This document shows, piece after piece, positions 61,989 through 64,000 of a DNA stretch of 64,000 nucleotides (positions are counted from its first letter, which is position 1; each line of letters begins with the position of its first letter). The position numbers and the translations under genes were made by a program. The notes under the pieces were generated by a model. That model ran no database searches. It was not told the origin of the DNA and worked only from the letters and a program-made list of their open reading frames with translations. The stretch lies in contig NC_086109.1 in the NCBI RefSeq assembly GCF_963921235.1, positions 26,600,001 to 26,664,000 of the forward strand. Direction: 5' to 3'. Source of the DNA: Mobula hypostoma. Its lineage: Eukaryota.

Positions 61989-63770
61989 TTATTGACCTGT
62001 CAATGGAGAAACTACATCATAACTATCATATTTGCAGAATATTCCTTCCATTACAGTGGCAGAAGGAAATGAAGCCTTAACATGTTTGGGATGGCTCAAG
62101 AATTCTGCTTTCATTTCCATGTCAAATAGAGTTAAAATGGTTGATATCAAACAAATCTGGCTTATGAGTTCTTTAAGCCTCCCATGGCAACAGATTTGCA
62201 TTTCTACTGTACAGTGTATATAGCTCTGAAATTAAATTCCACTTCTGCATTATCCTCGATGAAGCATAGGAAATTTGATATGATCCAGTTAAACAACATG
62301 AATGCTTTCATTATTAAGTTTCTACCAAGTTGCTACGTAATCTTGTTTTGTTGTTAGGGTGTCAGTGTTGCTTTGTTTGTCCTCAAATATGACTGGTCTA
62401 TGCATTGGTCTGTCTCTAGTGGAAAATGGAGCAAATGTTAGGCTGATGCAATCATTCCTCTGAAGTATGGGAACTGAGAAAGACCCTGCTTGGCACTAGC
62501 TTTGGGTACCCGTGCATTCCCCAGCATTAAGAATGAAGATCTTGATAAGCTCACACAGATGTATTAGCATGGGTGTACAGATTTCCAGTGTGGCCTATGT
62601 GCAGTATTAATAATTGAGCAGTGGGCAGAAAGAAAGCCAAGGGCATGCCTGATGTTGGGGTTAAGATGTGGACTCCTCAATTCCTTACTGCCAATTTAAC
62701 TAAAAAAAATGTATAACAAGTTTAAGGAGACCCACATAATACACTCTTACATCCCTTCCAAAGATTGCAAATGTAAATTTCTGCTTTCGCGTCTGGAAGT
62801 GAATTTATTGAAGATTCCCCTCAGTTTGATAAAGGGTTTTGGCCTGAAACACCAACTGTTTATTCCTCTCCATAGAGCTTCTATGTCTACACAGTAGCCT
62901 GACCTGCTGAGTTCTTCCAGAATTCTCTGTGGTTGATGTATGACATGGTACTGAGCCACATAAATTTGATTTGAATAAGCTAGAGAATCTGAGCAGCAAT
63001 GTAACTGAGAATACTTTAGTGGTCGGACTGAGCAGAAAGTTGTCCCACTTCTAATCAGGGTCAGTGAGCTCTTATTGGAAAGTGTGTGTATATATGTGGA
63101 TATTGGGTAAAAATATGCTTGGTCTTCAACATGATCAAATAATTGTGCTAACTTGTAGAGAGTCACACACACTGGGCATGTGCAATGGATTCCCAGATTA
63201 TATTACAGTATTGTATGATTCTGAGCCACACAATACAAGAAGATCGTGGTTCTGGTATTTCCTTGGATTATGTTAAACCAGCTAATCGGTATCAAAATTT
63301 TTAAACCACTACTCTGAAGCTTGTGCTTTATCTGCCCTGCTCAACAGTTTTATTAAGGGCTCCTCCAAATCCGAAAACAGCCAGTTGCTTGGCATGTGAA
63401 TTAATTTTTTGACCATAAAACAGGAAGATCTCTGGCCTGATTGCCAATGTCAGGTGGGCTCAGTTGTTGCAATAATAAGTGTAATGAGGGTGGGATGACA
63501 CTGCCAGGCAGGAGAGAACATAATTAACAGGGGTCCCCAATTCTCCTTGTGATAACAAGGTGCTTATTGGAATAGCCTGCATGAACTGTAAGTGTGGATA
63601 TGATTGACATGACAGCTGCATTGACAGGCATACAGCACCATGAAACTAAATCCAAATAAACAACAACCATGTGGAAAGATAGTAAAAGCCATCTGGGACC
63701 ATGTTGTGTTGCTGGCTGAGGCAAACTTGTACGGTCCAGTATGACAAAGCAATGGAAAAAAGTTTAAAAG

Positions 63771-63872
63771 CCAGTCTATACGAAGGGTCTCGGCCCGAAA
63801 TGTCGACTGTACCTCTTCCTATAGATGCTGCCTGGCCTGCCGCTTTCACCAGCAACTTTTATGTGTGTTGCC
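63771..63872 (+). mobile_element. Penelope-like terminal repeat
   Basis: cgaagggtctcggcccgaaatgtcgactgtacc...gatgctgcctggcctgc; same subfamily as the 5.3 kb copy. Confidence 0.75.
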
Positions 63873-64000
63873 ATGAACTGGAAGACAGTTATTTCTTTAA
63901 AATCTGCATTATTTGCTGACTTCTGAATTTCACCCAAAGACTGAGGATTCTTTTCATACAGAAGGTAACTGATGCTTTCCTTTTTTAAAAAAAAGTATTT

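Noticed and set aside
1..64000. CRISPR arrays, operons or prokaryotic systems
   Set aside because: No regularly spaced repeat-spacer array and no gene-dense coding; the sequence is vertebrate repeat-rich DNA.

Overview
Eukaryotic, AT-rich, repeat-dense non-coding DNA. The repeat families (V-domain tRNA SINEs, CR1, Rex1/Babar, Penelope-like elements, Tigger, Tc1) point to a cartilaginous fish, probably a ray; this is inference from repeat resemblance. I cannot support any host protein-coding exon. The informative ORFs are all transposon remnants: a 5'-truncated HERO-type restriction-like-endonuclease retrotransposon (10.7-12.3 kb), Rex1/Babar RT copies (22.3-23.9 kb, 55.0-56.85 kb), a CR1 (29.3-30.5 kb), Penelope GIY-YIG ends (16.5 kb, 36.3 kb), Tigger and Tc1 transposase relics, and an L1/Tx1 3' end. 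Two ~0.9 kb solo LTRs of one family sit in opposite orientation, each with its own 4-bp TSD. The most interesting signals are at RNA level. (1) The HERO 3' UTR carries a complete set of hammerhead-ribozyme core motifs and stems in a non-circularly permuted, pseudoknotted order (12064-12137). (2) Many minimal type I hammerhead motifs occur in Penelope terminal repeats, which repeatedly appear as TSD-flanked fold-back insertions pivoting at the ribozyme, including one tandem (dimer-like) pair. Repeat boundaries are approximate and read by eye. No folding or database search was run.
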